DNA of 32,000 nucleotides from Cenarchaeum sp. (GTDB taxonomy: Archaea; Thermoproteota; Nitrososphaeria; Nitrososphaerales; Nitrosopumilaceae). The notes under the pieces are model-generated. The model had not been told where the DNA came from. It ran no database searches and worked only from the letters and a program-made list of their open reading frames with translations. The stretch spans positions 661,186-693,185 of the forward strand of contig OY843584.1 of NCBI GenBank assembly GCA_963692915.1, given 5' to 3'. The position numbers were made by a program, and so were the translations under genes. Positions 6,793 to 14,989 of the stretch are shown here, in pieces. The stretch's first letter is position 1, and each line of letters begins with the position of its first letter.

Positions 6793-8220
6793 CTATTGAA
6801 AGGGATCTATGAATGGGCAGTTAACAATGTGGTCCGAGTCCATCGGGCGCGCGAGCGTGATGCTCACCTTGCCCTCTGACCTCATGGCCTGTATGTCACC
6901 GACATTCTCAAGAAGGCGCGCATCATGCGAATCCTCCCACGTGACTACGGATATGCGCCACATTGGCGAGTATCCGGCGTCTCCCAGAGCCGCCGTGGCT
7001 ATGCCCGGCTGGAAGCCGAGAGGCCCGGGACCCTTGAGTCCGTTGGTGAACTGGAACAGGTCAACTGCGGCCGAATTTGCGATCAGGCTTGCCGACGTGG
7101 GCGTGTGTGGCACTCCCATCCCGTCTGCAGGGCCGGCCGGCGTGGCATCAGTCACGATATAGTATATCGTGCGGCCATCCGGACCCCAGCCCCTGTGAGC
7201 GACAAACGTCACAGTCATGGCATCAGTGTCGATCTCGGTGACCTGGCCGCCCCCATAGGGCAGCTTGTCATCGATCTCGGCCTCATTTACCATGAGCTGT
7301 CCGCCAGGCCACATGACATGTGGCATGTTGATCACGACATCAAGCTCGGTGAGTATTATCTCACCAGCATCGCTTGCGGCCATGATCTCGGCCTCTGACA
7401 TTAGAACCCGAGGCGTTGTGTCAGCGTTCCACGTGACATGGACGTGACTCTTCAGCGCACTGTACGTGTCTGGCATTGCCGGCGTCGATGTAAAGACTTC
7501 ACCCTGGTATCCGTGCACTCCGTTTCCCTCCATGCCGTTTGTGAACATGTAGGTCTTTGAGAGAGCCGCATCTGGCGCATTGGCCAGTGTCGGGGCAAGC
7601 TCTACCTTCCAGCCCTGGCTCTCCGTGATTACGGTGGCATGGGTTGGGTCGCTAGAGTCCGTTATGACAAAGTATACACTCTGTCCGTCATGGTATCCCT
7701 CGTGTAGCGGCAGTGTTGCCGGAACGCTTGCGCGTGAAAGCAGCAGCTTGTGCGCATATGAGCCATCCTTGTCGTGCATGCGGTCCATCTTGTCGTGATC
7801 CATCATTTTGTCGTGGTCCATCATCTTGTCGTTGGACATCCTGTCGTGACCCATCATCTTGTCTTGATCCATCATCTTGTCGTGGTCCATCATCTTGTCG
7901 TGGTCCATCATCTTGTCGTGGTCCATCATCTTGTCATGTTCCATCTCGTCGTGCATGCGGTCATTCATCGCGTCGTCAGATTCCATGTGTTTGTCCATCG
8001 CGTCATCATGGTCAGACATTGCCGATTCCATCGCCGGTTCTGATGGCGAGATCATCGACTCCATTGTCTTTGTCAGGTAGTCTGGCCCAACCTCGGAGCA
8101 CAGCCTGTCCCCACAGACGACACGCGCAGCATCAGCAGCCGTAAGGCTACCGGCGGTCAGCGAAATGGCCATTGCTGGCACTATCGCAAATAGCAGCATT
8201 CGTTTCTGCAATGTGTTCAT
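6793..8220 (-). CDS. Secreted protein with a Met/His/Asp-rich tandem-repeat region (putative metal, probably copper, binding) and an internally duplicated C-terminal domain
   Basis: Signal peptide MNTLQKRMLLFAIVPAMAISLTAGSLTAADA. Then ~100 aa of M/H/D-rich sequence including (DHDKMM)n. Two related halves follow: (SVYFVITDSSDP...MFTNGMEGNG) and (TIYYIVTDATPA...QFTNGLKGPG). A TATA-like ttttaa (8245-8250, minus strand) lies 24 nt upstream of ATG 8220. Confidence 0.8.
   Translation of the reverse strand: MNTLQKRMLLFAIVPAMAISLTAGSLTAADAARVVCGDRLCSEVGPDYLTKTMESMISPSEPAMESAMSDHDDAMDKHMESDDAMNDRMHDEMEHDKMMDHDKMMDHDKMMDHDKMMDQDKMMGHDRMSNDKMMDHDKMMDHDKMDRMHDKDGSYAHKLLLSRASVPATLPLHEGYHDGQSVYFVITDSSDPTHATVITESQGWKVELAPTLANAPDAALSKTYMFTNGMEGNGVHGYQGEVFTSTPAMPDTYSALKSHVHVTWNADTTPRVLMSEAEIMAASDAGEIILTELDVVINMPHVMWPGGQLMVNEAEIDDKLPYGGGQVTEIDTDAMTVTFVAHRGWGPDGRTIYYIVTDATPAGPADGMGVPHTPTSASLIANSAAVDLFQFTNGLKGPGPLGFQPGIATAALGDAGYSPMWRISVVTWEDSHDARLLENVGDIQAMRSEGKVSITLARPMDSDHIVNCPFIDPFQ
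7783..7941. repeat. About 9 tandem units of an 18-bp (two are 15-bp) coding repeat
   Basis: The plus-strand unit catcatcttgtcgtggtc is the reverse complement of gac cac gac aag atg atg (DHDKMM). Three consecutive perfect copies lie at 7870-7923. Confidence 0.9.
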
Positions 8221-8244
8221 TACATCGGTGGAGCCAAATGAGGG

Positions 8245-8250
8245 TTAAAA
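8245..8250 (-). promoter_or_regulatory. TATA-like box for the Met-rich protein gene
   Basis: Minus-strand ggcttttaaccc; the hexamer ends 24 nt before ATG 8220. Confidence 0.4.
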
Positions 8251-8387
8251 GCCTTTTTCCACATGCGCAGGCGTGCATGGTGCGTGCCCACAGATCACGG
8301 CCAAGATCCACCCCGCGAGTCGGCGCTGCCCGCATGGGCACCCCCAGACCCCGTCATCGTGACGTCAGGTGAGGGAACGACCTGTCC

Positions 8388-10109
8388 TTACTTTGAGCGA
8401 AGCATGTCCTGGATTTGGGCAAGTATGAGCTGCGCCTTTTCCTTGTTCTCAAATGTCTGAACCTTGTCATCGAGTATCGTGTCGATCTCGTAGCTCTTGT
8501 TGACGAGTATGTCTGCGACATGCTCATCAAGGGTCCGGTTGCCTATGAGATAGTACGCAAAGACCGTGTTCTTTTGCCCGATGCGGTGGAGGCGATCCTC
8601 GGCCTGTTGGTGGACAGCCGGACTCCAGTCAAGCTCGGCAAAGATGACATAGCGGGCCTTGCTAAGGTTGATCCCAACATTGCCTGCGCGAAGTCCGGCG
8701 ATCATGAGGTTAGACTCGCCCCCCTGAAACGAGTCGATGTTGGCCTGACGAGCCTTGTCAGTCTGGCCTCCAATTACCGTTGTGGGCTCAAACTCGGCGA
8801 GCTTTTCGTTGAGGAGCTTGTGTATTGACTTGTGGTGGCAAAAGACCACAACGCTCTCCTCTATCTCCATGATATTTTGCACAAAATTGATGACATGTGG
8901 CATCTTTGCCAGTCCGGCCACTTGTCGCTCGCTTTGGATCGCGCGCTGGTATGACGAGTACTTGTCGAGTGTGGATTTTGAGGCGAGCTGCTCCTCCTCT
9001 AGGCGAGTCCATATTTTCCTGAGCTCTGCCCTGTAATAGTCAATGTCAGCATCAATGTACTCCTGGTATCGAACCTTGTCCTGCAGGTCCTTGAGGACAT
9101 CGCCCTTTTTGCGGCGCAGCATGACGTGCTTGTGCAGCTTTTCGCGCAAGAGCCTGCGCTTGTTCTCCAGCACTAATGACTTGCCACGCTCGTTCACATA
9201 GCAAAAGTACTGGCAAAACTCCGAATAGCTTCCAAGGAGTCCGGGGCTGAGGACATCCACGATTGGCCATATCTCTGAGCCGTGGTTGAATATTGGCGTG
9301 CCGGACAGGCCAATCCTGTGCTCAAGTGACGGCATTGCGGAGATCTTTCGTATTGCCGAGTGCTTTTTGGTAGTCTTGGAGCGCATATGGTGAACCTCGT
9401 CGCACACAAGCGTCTTTAGGTTTATCTTTAAAAAGTCCGGAACACGCTTTTCAAGAAGCTCATAGTTGATAACGTAAAAGTCGCTCTTTTCAAGTATCTT
9501 GCGACGACCTCGCCTGATGAGCTTTGATGTTGGTGATGATGAGTCCACCATACGGCCATTCTTGCTCCTCTTTTTGAGAAACTTGTCAATCTCGCGCTCC
9601 CAGTTCTTGAGCGTGACGAGCGGTGCGACTACCAGTACCGGAAACGCATTCTTTTCGGTCGCAAGGTACGCAAGTGTTTGGACCGTCTTGCCAAGACCCA
9701 TCTCATCGGCAAGGAGGGCGTTGCCATTGGACTTTATCAGAAAGTCAAGACCCTCGCGCTGGAATCCCAAAAGCTTGCCGCGAAACTGCGATCCAGGATT
9801 GACCTTTGAGAGCTTTTCGATGGGTGCGCGCACCTTGGGACGAGAGACGCTGGCCTTGCCGACCCTGCGCTGCCATGCCGACTTTGAGAGCACGTCAAGC
9901 TGGCAATGGCCCATTATCTGCTTTATGCGCTCGACATTCTCGGGCTTGTCTGGCACGATGACCTCGTCAGGTCCGTCACCATACCACGACTGTGGTATGA
10001 GCTGCGAGGCCATTCCAACGGCGCGACTGCCGGTGAGCTTCCAGCTCCATGCGTTGGAGTACTTGTCCATGACATACTCTAACTTGCCTGCGCTTGCCAA
10101 CTCATGCAC
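8388..10109 (-). CDS. SNF2/SWI2-family helicase-like ATPase
   Basis: Motif I is LLADEMGLGKTVQTLAYL. Motif II is VCDEVHHMRS (DExH). Motif III is LSGTPIFN. C-terminal helicase motifs are LRAGNVGINLSKARYVIFAELDWSPAVHQQAEDRLHRIGQ. The ORF-track start 10109 is GTG; the first ATG is at 10070 (MDKYSNAW..). GC is markedly lower than in flanking genes. Confidence 0.9.
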   Translation of the reverse strand: MHELASAGKLEYVMDKYSNAWSWKLTGSRAVGMASQLIPQSWYGDGPDEVIVPDKPENVERIKQIMGHCQLDVLSKSAWQRRVGKASVSRPKVRAPIEKLSKVNPGSQFRGKLLGFQREGLDFLIKSNGNALLADEMGLGKTVQTLAYLATEKNAFPVLVVAPLVTLKNWEREIDKFLKKRSKNGRMVDSSSPTSKLIRRGRRKILEKSDFYVINYELLEKRVPDFLKINLKTLVCDEVHHMRSKTTKKHSAIRKISAMPSLEHRIGLSGTPIFNHGSEIWPIVDVLSPGLLGSYSEFCQYFCYVNERGKSLVLENKRRLLREKLHKHVMLRRKKGDVLKDLQDKVRYQEYIDADIDYYRAELRKIWTRLEEEQLASKSTLDKYSSYQRAIQSERQVAGLAKMPHVINFVQNIMEIEESVVVFCHHKSIHKLLNEKLAEFEPTTVIGGQTDKARQANIDSFQGGESNLMIAGLRAGNVGINLSKARYVIFAELDWSPAVHQQAEDRLHRIGQKNTVFAYYLIGNRTLDEHVADILVNKSYEIDTILDDKVQTFENKEKAQLILAQIQDMLRSK

Positions 10110-10410
10110 CTGATTTGAGCCAAGATCAACTGCGTGGTTTATGAACCTTGGCGTTGGGGGCGTGATCGCAGCGGTTTCACGTGCCGAACCTAGGCGTGGC
10201 CCTCAGGGCCATGGGGGCCTGTAGAGGCGTCATGGCAATCACACGAGCAATCGTGAGTGGAGTGACTGCTGAGGCAGTCTATGCACCGATAGTGCTCACG
10301 CCTCTCGCACGCCGAGCAGATCATGGTGCCCGTGGCACGGGTGGCTTTTGTTAAGTTTTGCCCATAGGCACGCCTGCGCCGGCGAGCTCAACTATCGCTA
10401 TTGTCCCATG

Positions 10411-10420
10411 AAATTTAATA
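10411..10420 (+). promoter_or_regulatory. TATA-like box (aaatttaata) upstream of the 10460 gene
   Basis: An AT-rich decamer in GC-rich surroundings, 40 nt upstream of ATG 10460. Confidence 0.4.
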
Positions 10421-10459
10421 GACAAGGGGGGTTATGACGCGAAGGCCAGAGATCCATGC

Positions 10460-11557
10460 ATGAGGGCACCCATTATGGCACTTGCCGCAGCCGTCATCCT
10501 GGCCCCCATGGCCGCCGGAGACGCCGAGGCCATCCTGTGGGATCTCCTCATCGACGCCAACGTCACAGCAGACGTGTCCTACGGCAGCAGCATGACGGTG
10601 GCAGGCACCGTGACCAACCATGCCGGCTGGCCGGTTTCAGAGGCCACCGTGACGCTCAGGGCAGGCCCACACACGGCCATGGCAATGACCGGGAGTGACG
10701 GGACGTTTGAGGCGACAGTTGACAGGACAGACATGATACCTGGCCTGCACGCCGCACAGATGCGCGCGAGCACAGATGATGGACTTCTTGGCATGGCGAG
10801 CATACAGGTCTCTGTTGCCGGTGATGTCAGCCCATCGGCACACACTGCGCGCCTTTTGGCAGAAGAGCACGCGATGCGCTATCTGGCCGCAGACGCGTCT
10901 GACTTTGAGGATGATCCAATTGGCGCAAAGCTGTACGAGCACTATCAAAAGCTGCAGAAACGACTGCTAACCGAGCGCGCAATCGAGGACATGGAGCAGG
11001 AGCGCAGGGAAGAGCTTGTGCGCATGCAGGCAATGGCTGACACACAGCGCGTGAAAATGCTCGAGGACGAGACGCATGGTGATGGCACGTATGAGGGGCG
11101 CGCACGCAACGTGTTTGTGGACAGCCTTGACAGGTCAGTTCGCCCCACAATCGTCTCGCAGCTCGACTATACACTAGAGGCGTACAGGGTAGGCAAGGCA
11201 GCCATGCGAACCGTGCTAGATCGTGGCGGAAGCATGGCCGAGGCCATAGAGGCGCGCAATGCGGCAGCGGCAATACCACGCCATGTCATGGAGAGGCTCT
11301 CACCAGAGGTTGGATTTGACATAGATGACTATCCATGGGCAGCGGCCCACATGACAAACTCCACGGCCGGCCCCGTTGAGGCCGTGCCAGAGGATGACAC
11401 TCCAGAGCCAGGGCCACGCAACGCCACGAGCGCGCCTGCGGGCACGGCCGCGCAGGGAGTCGAGGTCGGGCCGGGCGTCACGACCGTGTACATGAGCGTC
11501 AACGGCGAGCTTGTCAGGCACGTCTTTAACGGCACGCACTGGACTCCCGAAGGGTAG
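10460..11557 (+). CDS. Secreted hypothetical protein with an N-terminal Ig-like / carboxypeptidase-regulatory-like beta domain
   Basis: Signal peptide MRAPIMALAAAVILAPMAAGDAEA. SSMTVAGTVTNHAGWPVSEATVTLRAG...TGSDGTFEATV is the typical CarboxypepD_reg-like pattern. The rest is helical and charged. Confidence 0.6.
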   Translation: MRAPIMALAAAVILAPMAAGDAEAILWDLLIDANVTADVSYGSSMTVAGTVTNHAGWPVSEATVTLRAGPHTAMAMTGSDGTFEATVDRTDMIPGLHAAQMRASTDDGLLGMASIQVSVAGDVSPSAHTARLLAEEHAMRYLAADASDFEDDPIGAKLYEHYQKLQKRLLTERAIEDMEQERREELVRMQAMADTQRVKMLEDETHGDGTYEGRARNVFVDSLDRSVRPTIVSQLDYTLEAYRVGKAAMRTVLDRGGSMAEAIEARNAAAAIPRHVMERLSPEVGFDIDDYPWAAAHMTNSTAGPVEAVPEDDTPEPGPRNATSAPAGTAAQGVEVGPGVTTVYMSVNGELVRHVFNGTHWTPEG

Positions 11558-11576
11558 GCACAGGCCATCTCAAAAT

Positions 11577-11586
11577 CGTTATATGC
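11577..11586 (+). promoter_or_regulatory. TATA-like box (cgttatatgc) upstream of the first permease gene
   Basis: It ends 23 nt upstream of ATG 11609. Confidence 0.4.
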
Positions 11587-11608
11587 CAACGTGCGGCGTG
11601 ATGCGACC

Positions 11609-12658
11609 ATGCGCCTAGTGCGCTATGCGCTCATGCGGGCGCTTGCCATGGTTGGTGTCCTTGTCGTGACGCTGTTCATCACCGTCGCGCTAGTCGGCTC
11701 GGGCATGGACAGCATACTCGAGCGCTCCGTTGCCTTTCACATCCGCTCCGAGATTGCGGCCAATCCCGCCCTGGCCGGCTCGTTTGCCGACGCCGCCGCG
11801 CTCGAGGAGCACATAGCCGCGCGCATAGAGGAGCGTACGCGCGAGATCGGCCTGGACAGGCCATGGTGGGCACCGGATCGCATAGCGACGTCCATGTGGC
11901 GCATACTCGTGCTCGACTTTGGTCGTGCGACCTTTTTGACCTCGGACACAGGCTCGACGGCCGTGGCAGACATACTCGGCGAGCGACTCCCAAAGACCAT
12001 CCTCCTGTTCACTAGCGCAACTGCGGTCATATCGGTGATCGGCGTGGTTCATGGAGCCATGGCGAGCAGTCGCGCACGATCCGTCGCCGACCGCCTCACC
12101 TCGGCGTTTGCCGTGATAAGCTCAAGCTTTCCGGTCTGGTGGGTGGGTCTCCTAATGATATTTGCGTTCTCGTTTATGTGGCAGGTGTTTCCCCCACGCG
12201 CAACGCCAGACGTGCCACCTGGCGATCCCGGATATGTCGCATCGCTCCTGTATCACATGGCCCTTCCCCTGGCAACGATCGTCCTGATAGGGTTTGGCGC
12301 ATGGTCGTACCTTGTGCGAAACTTTATGGTGGGCATATTGCAGGAGGATCACATTGCAGCAAGGCGTGCGATCGGCGTGCGCGAGGGGAAGGTGGTCTAC
12401 TCGCACGCGTTGCGCAACGCCGCGCCACCGATCCTCACGGTCATGGCACTAAGCCTGTCAGGCTCGCTTGGTGGCGCAATAATAACAGAGGCCGTCTTTG
12501 ACTGGCCTGGCATGGGGCGCCTCTACTTTGAGGCCGTCACGGTAATGGACCTGCCCGTGATAATCGGCTCAACGTACGTGCTCACGGCGTTCTTTCTTGT
12601 TAGCGTGCTTGTCGCAGACCTGCTCTATATGCGCCTCGACCCGAGGACTGCGCGATGA
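11609..12658 (+). CDS. ABC transporter permease, DppB/OppB-like (peptide/nickel family)
   Basis: Multi-TM protein. N-terminus MRLVRYALMRALAMVGVLVVTLFITVAL. EAA-loop-like EDHIAARRAIGVREGKVVYSHALRNAAPPIL. Start taken at ATG 11609 (the ORF-track start 11591 is GTG). Confidence 0.8.
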   Translation: MRLVRYALMRALAMVGVLVVTLFITVALVGSGMDSILERSVAFHIRSEIAANPALAGSFADAAALEEHIAARIEERTREIGLDRPWWAPDRIATSMWRILVLDFGRATFLTSDTGSTAVADILGERLPKTILLFTSATAVISVIGVVHGAMASSRARSVADRLTSAFAVISSSFPVWWVGLLMIFAFSFMWQVFPPRATPDVPPGDPGYVASLLYHMALPLATIVLIGFGAWSYLVRNFMVGILQEDHIAARRAIGVREGKVVYSHALRNAAPPILTVMALSLSGSLGGAIITEAVFDWPGMGRLYFEAVTVMDLPVIIGSTYVLTAFFLVSVLVADLLYMRLDPRTAR

Positions 12659-13983
12659 GCTACGGACGCATATCCATTCGCGACGAGATACTGCGCAGTC
12701 GCATGGGAGTGGCCGGAATTGCCATACTCGTCGCGCTCCTTGCGCTCTCGGTGGCCACGGTGGCCTCAGGACTCGGAGACGCGATCCGCGAGTGGAACGA
12801 TCCGGCCGCCTGGCTCACGCTCCCAAAATCGGCAATGCCGGCGTGGGCAAATGTCGGGCCTGACAGACTAGCCGAGCACACAGTCGTTGAGGGCAGTGCG
12901 GCACGAGGCGGGCAGTCACATGCGACTGCGATCCACGCCTTTGAGCTCATGGCCGGCGGGCTGCCGTCTGATGTGATGTTCGAGTATGCGGCACGCTACT
13001 CGGGCTCGCCGCTCCTTGAGCTGCGCGTGCTGCGGCCCGACGGAGTCGAGCTCGGCATTGCCGCCGTCGCCCTCCCCGGCTCGGACGGCGAAGTGGTGCG
13101 CCACGGGCGCATCTTTTCGACTGACGCCTCGGTTCGCAGGATGGTGGCGATGCAGGCCGGCGGTGCAGGTGCCGAGGAGGCAATGTTTGGGGACTCGCGT
13201 GGCCAAACCCTGGCAGGCGCCTATGCCGTGGCCGCCACGATATACGGGACGGGTCACGCCCCCGAGATCGTCTCCTCGCGACTCGTCGTTAGCGGCGGCG
13301 CGTATGGCCTTATGGGAACCGACGAGATGCGCCGCGACCTCGCCGTTGGCCTCGCCTGGGGCGCCCCACTAGCGCTATTTGTTGGCGTGAGCGTCGCTGT
13401 CGCCTCGGTCATGATCGGCCTCGCGTACGGCATGTATGCCGGATACAGGGGCGGCAGGGCCGATGAGACGATGATGAGGGCAAATGACGTCGTCTATGCG
13501 CTCCCCGCACTGCCATTCCTAGTCATACTCGCAGTCACGCTGAGCAACAGCATATTCGTCATGGTCGCGTTTCTCGTCATGTTTGGCTGGGTTGCAGTGG
13601 CAAAGGTGTCGCGAAGCATGGCCCTGCAGGCCAGGGCGCGCGGGTACGTCGAGGCTGCCAGGATAATGGGCCAGCGCGACTCGAGGACGATACTGCGCCA
13701 TGTCATGCCGCAGCTCCTGCCATACGCGCTGGCAAGCATCGCGATATCGGTTCCGGCGGCGATAACGACGGAGGCCGGACTCAGCTTTTTGGGCCTGGGG
13801 GATCCCGAGTATCCCACATGGGGCCAGATGCTGCGCGATGCGAGCCTTCACGGTGCGGCAGCACGCGGCCTCTGGTGGTGGGTCGTGCCGCCGGGACTGA
13901 TGATTGCGCTGACTGGCCTGGCGTTTGTGTTCATTGGCGGATCGCTTGATGCGGCGATAAACCCAAGGCTGCGTCGCCGCTAG
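12655..13983 (+). CDS. ABC transporter permease, DppC/OppC-like, with a long (~200 aa) extracytoplasmic loop after TM1
   Basis: The ATGA start/stop overlap with the upstream permease (12655-12658) indicates an operon. EAA-like YVEAARIMGQRDSRTILRHVMPQLLPYAL. Multiple TM segments in the C-terminal half. Confidence 0.8.
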   Translation: MSYGRISIRDEILRSRMGVAGIAILVALLALSVATVASGLGDAIREWNDPAAWLTLPKSAMPAWANVGPDRLAEHTVVEGSAARGGQSHATAIHAFELMAGGLPSDVMFEYAARYSGSPLLELRVLRPDGVELGIAAVALPGSDGEVVRHGRIFSTDASVRRMVAMQAGGAGAEEAMFGDSRGQTLAGAYAVAATIYGTGHAPEIVSSRLVVSGGAYGLMGTDEMRRDLAVGLAWGAPLALFVGVSVAVASVMIGLAYGMYAGYRGGRADETMMRANDVVYALPALPFLVILAVTLSNSIFVMVAFLVMFGWVAVAKVSRSMALQARARGYVEAARIMGQRDSRTILRHVMPQLLPYALASIAISVPAAITTEAGLSFLGLGDPEYPTWGQMLRDASLHGAAARGLWWWVVPPGLMIALTGLAFVFIGGSLDAAINPRLRRR

Positions 13984-14324
13984 GATCGCTCAAAGGCGCG
14001 TATGGCCTCTAGCGTTGCGCCGCCAAGCTTTACCGTGTATGCGGCCGCAAGGTTGTTGCCGTTTTTCTCCTCGGCGTTGGCCTCGAGCTCCTCGGCAAAG
14101 GACGTCTTGTCACGTCCGCGCGAGTATTCGCCGCCGGCCTCCTTTATGCAGAGTGGAAACTTTTTGAGCGCAACATTTTGCTCGAGGAGGTGCGCGATAA
14201 ACCCCTTGTACGCCGCAATGTCATACCACTCGCGCGAGCGCTCGCCGCAAAAGGCGATCCACGTGTCTATCGTGTTCTGGTATATCGCCCTGTCCCGCAA
14301 CGCCTCTAGCATCATCTGCGCCAC
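13980..14324 (-). CDS. Hypothetical protein (114 aa; the start at 14324 is GTG, alternative ATG at 14315)
   Basis: ORF MAQMMLEALRDRAIYQNTIDTWIAFCGERSREWYDIAAYKGFIAHLLEQ.. has protein-like composition. It follows the 14329..14652 gene on the same strand after a 4-13 nt gap. No family recognised. Confidence 0.5.
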   Translation of the reverse strand: MAQMMLEALRDRAIYQNTIDTWIAFCGERSREWYDIAAYKGFIAHLLEQNVALKKFPLCIKEAGGEYSRGRDKTSFAEELEANAEEKNGNNLAAAYTVKLGGATLEAIRAFERS

Positions 14325-14328
14325 AGCC

Positions 14329-14652
14329 TCAAAAGTGCGCGCTAGTCGCCCGTGATCCGCAGACGGGGCACTCGCGCCCCTTGTAGACCTTGCCGCACCT
14401 CATGCAGGAGAACTGCGCAGACTCTGTCTCGCGGTTCATTCCAAAGAGGCCGCCGCCGAGGCCGGAGCGCTGCGAGCCAAGCCCCCCGCGAAGCTGGCCC
14501 ATGTAGCGCCGGCGCAAAAAGAGCGGAAACGCGATGAATATGGCAAGGGCGATGCCAAGGCCGTACGGGAACGGCAGGACCATCTGCAGGCCTATCGATA
14601 TTCCAAGCGACACAAAGAGGAACAGGAGGTAGTGCCTGTATGTGAATGCCAT
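14329..14652 (-). CDS. Small membrane protein (2 TM) with a C-terminal CxxC...CxxC zinc ribbon
   Basis: MAFTYRHYLLFLFVSLGISIGLQMVLPFPYGLGIALAIFIAFPLFL, then a Gly-rich linker, then FSCMRCGKVYKGRECPVCGS. Start taken at ATG 14652, downstream of a TATA-like gttatatgtaaaatc (minus strand, ~14671-14685). Confidence 0.6.
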   Translation of the reverse strand: MAFTYRHYLLFLFVSLGISIGLQMVLPFPYGLGIALAIFIAFPLFLRRRYMGQLRGGLGSQRSGLGGGLFGMNRETESAQFSCMRCGKVYKGRECPVCGSRATSAHF

Positions 14653-14750
14653 GTCCCACGCACGAAGGGATTTTACATATAACACTTTGCCCTGCGTGCC
14701 GCATCATGGGCGAGGCATCCACCGTGGGCCCTATTGGGCTCTGGGTTCGC

Positions 14751-14933
14751 CTACCTGCGCCTGCGCCGCTGGCCGGGCTTGTTTTGACCCGGAACCCTGC
14801 TTAGCACAAAGCGCTTCTTAAAGTTGGACTTGTTTCTCACGCTGGCGTTGGTTCCGACTCGCTTTCGACCCTCAACCTTGGGGGTCTGACCGCGAACCTT
14901 GCCGGCCTTTGTGAGTGATCCGTGAGTCGCCAT
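14751..14933 (-). CDS. rps30e: Ribosomal protein eS30 (S30e)
   Basis: MATHGSLTKAGKVRGQTPKVEGRKRVG... matches the conserved eS30 N-terminus (HGSLTKAGKVRxQTPK). It is 60 aa and very basic. Confidence 0.9.
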   Translation of the reverse strand: MATHGSLTKAGKVRGQTPKVEGRKRVGTNASVRNKSNFKKRFVLSRVPGQNKPGQRRRRR

Positions 14934-14957
14934 TCTGCAGCAGCGCCAAATGGCGAC

Positions 14958-14966
14958 AATTTAAGG
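14958..14966 (-). promoter_or_regulatory. TATA-like box upstream of rps30e (inside repeat R copy D)
   Basis: Minus-strand ccttaaatt lies 25 nt upstream of ATG 14933. Confidence 0.45.
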
Positions 14967-14972
14967 ATTTAT

Positions 14973-14989
14973 GGCCCTTTCCACGTATG
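14973..14989. repeat. 17-bp direct repeat flanking the IS (left copy)
   Basis: ggccctttccacgtatg is identical to 16080-16096. Confidence 0.9.

Larger units (their letters stand above)
14944..14989. repeat. Repeat R, copy D, left half (separated from its right half by the IS)
   Basis: cgccaaatggcgacaatttaaggatttatggccctttccacgtatg aligns with copy A ggcccaaatg-----atttaactgtttttggaattccacgcgcg. Confidence 0.65.

Noticed and set aside
7783-7941. Possible CRISPR array suggested by regularly spaced identical 18-mers.
   Set aside because: The units are directly adjacent with no spacers, lie in frame inside a long ORF, and encode a hexapeptide repeat. No cas genes are present in the window.
7713-8144. 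Plus-strand ORFs 7713..8144, 7774..8043 and 7877..8080 with striking periodic sequences (e.g. HHLVVV repeats, SSCRGP repeats).
   Set aside because: The periodicity is simply the antisense or alternative-frame reading of the 18-bp DHDKMM coding repeat of the minus-strand secreted protein.
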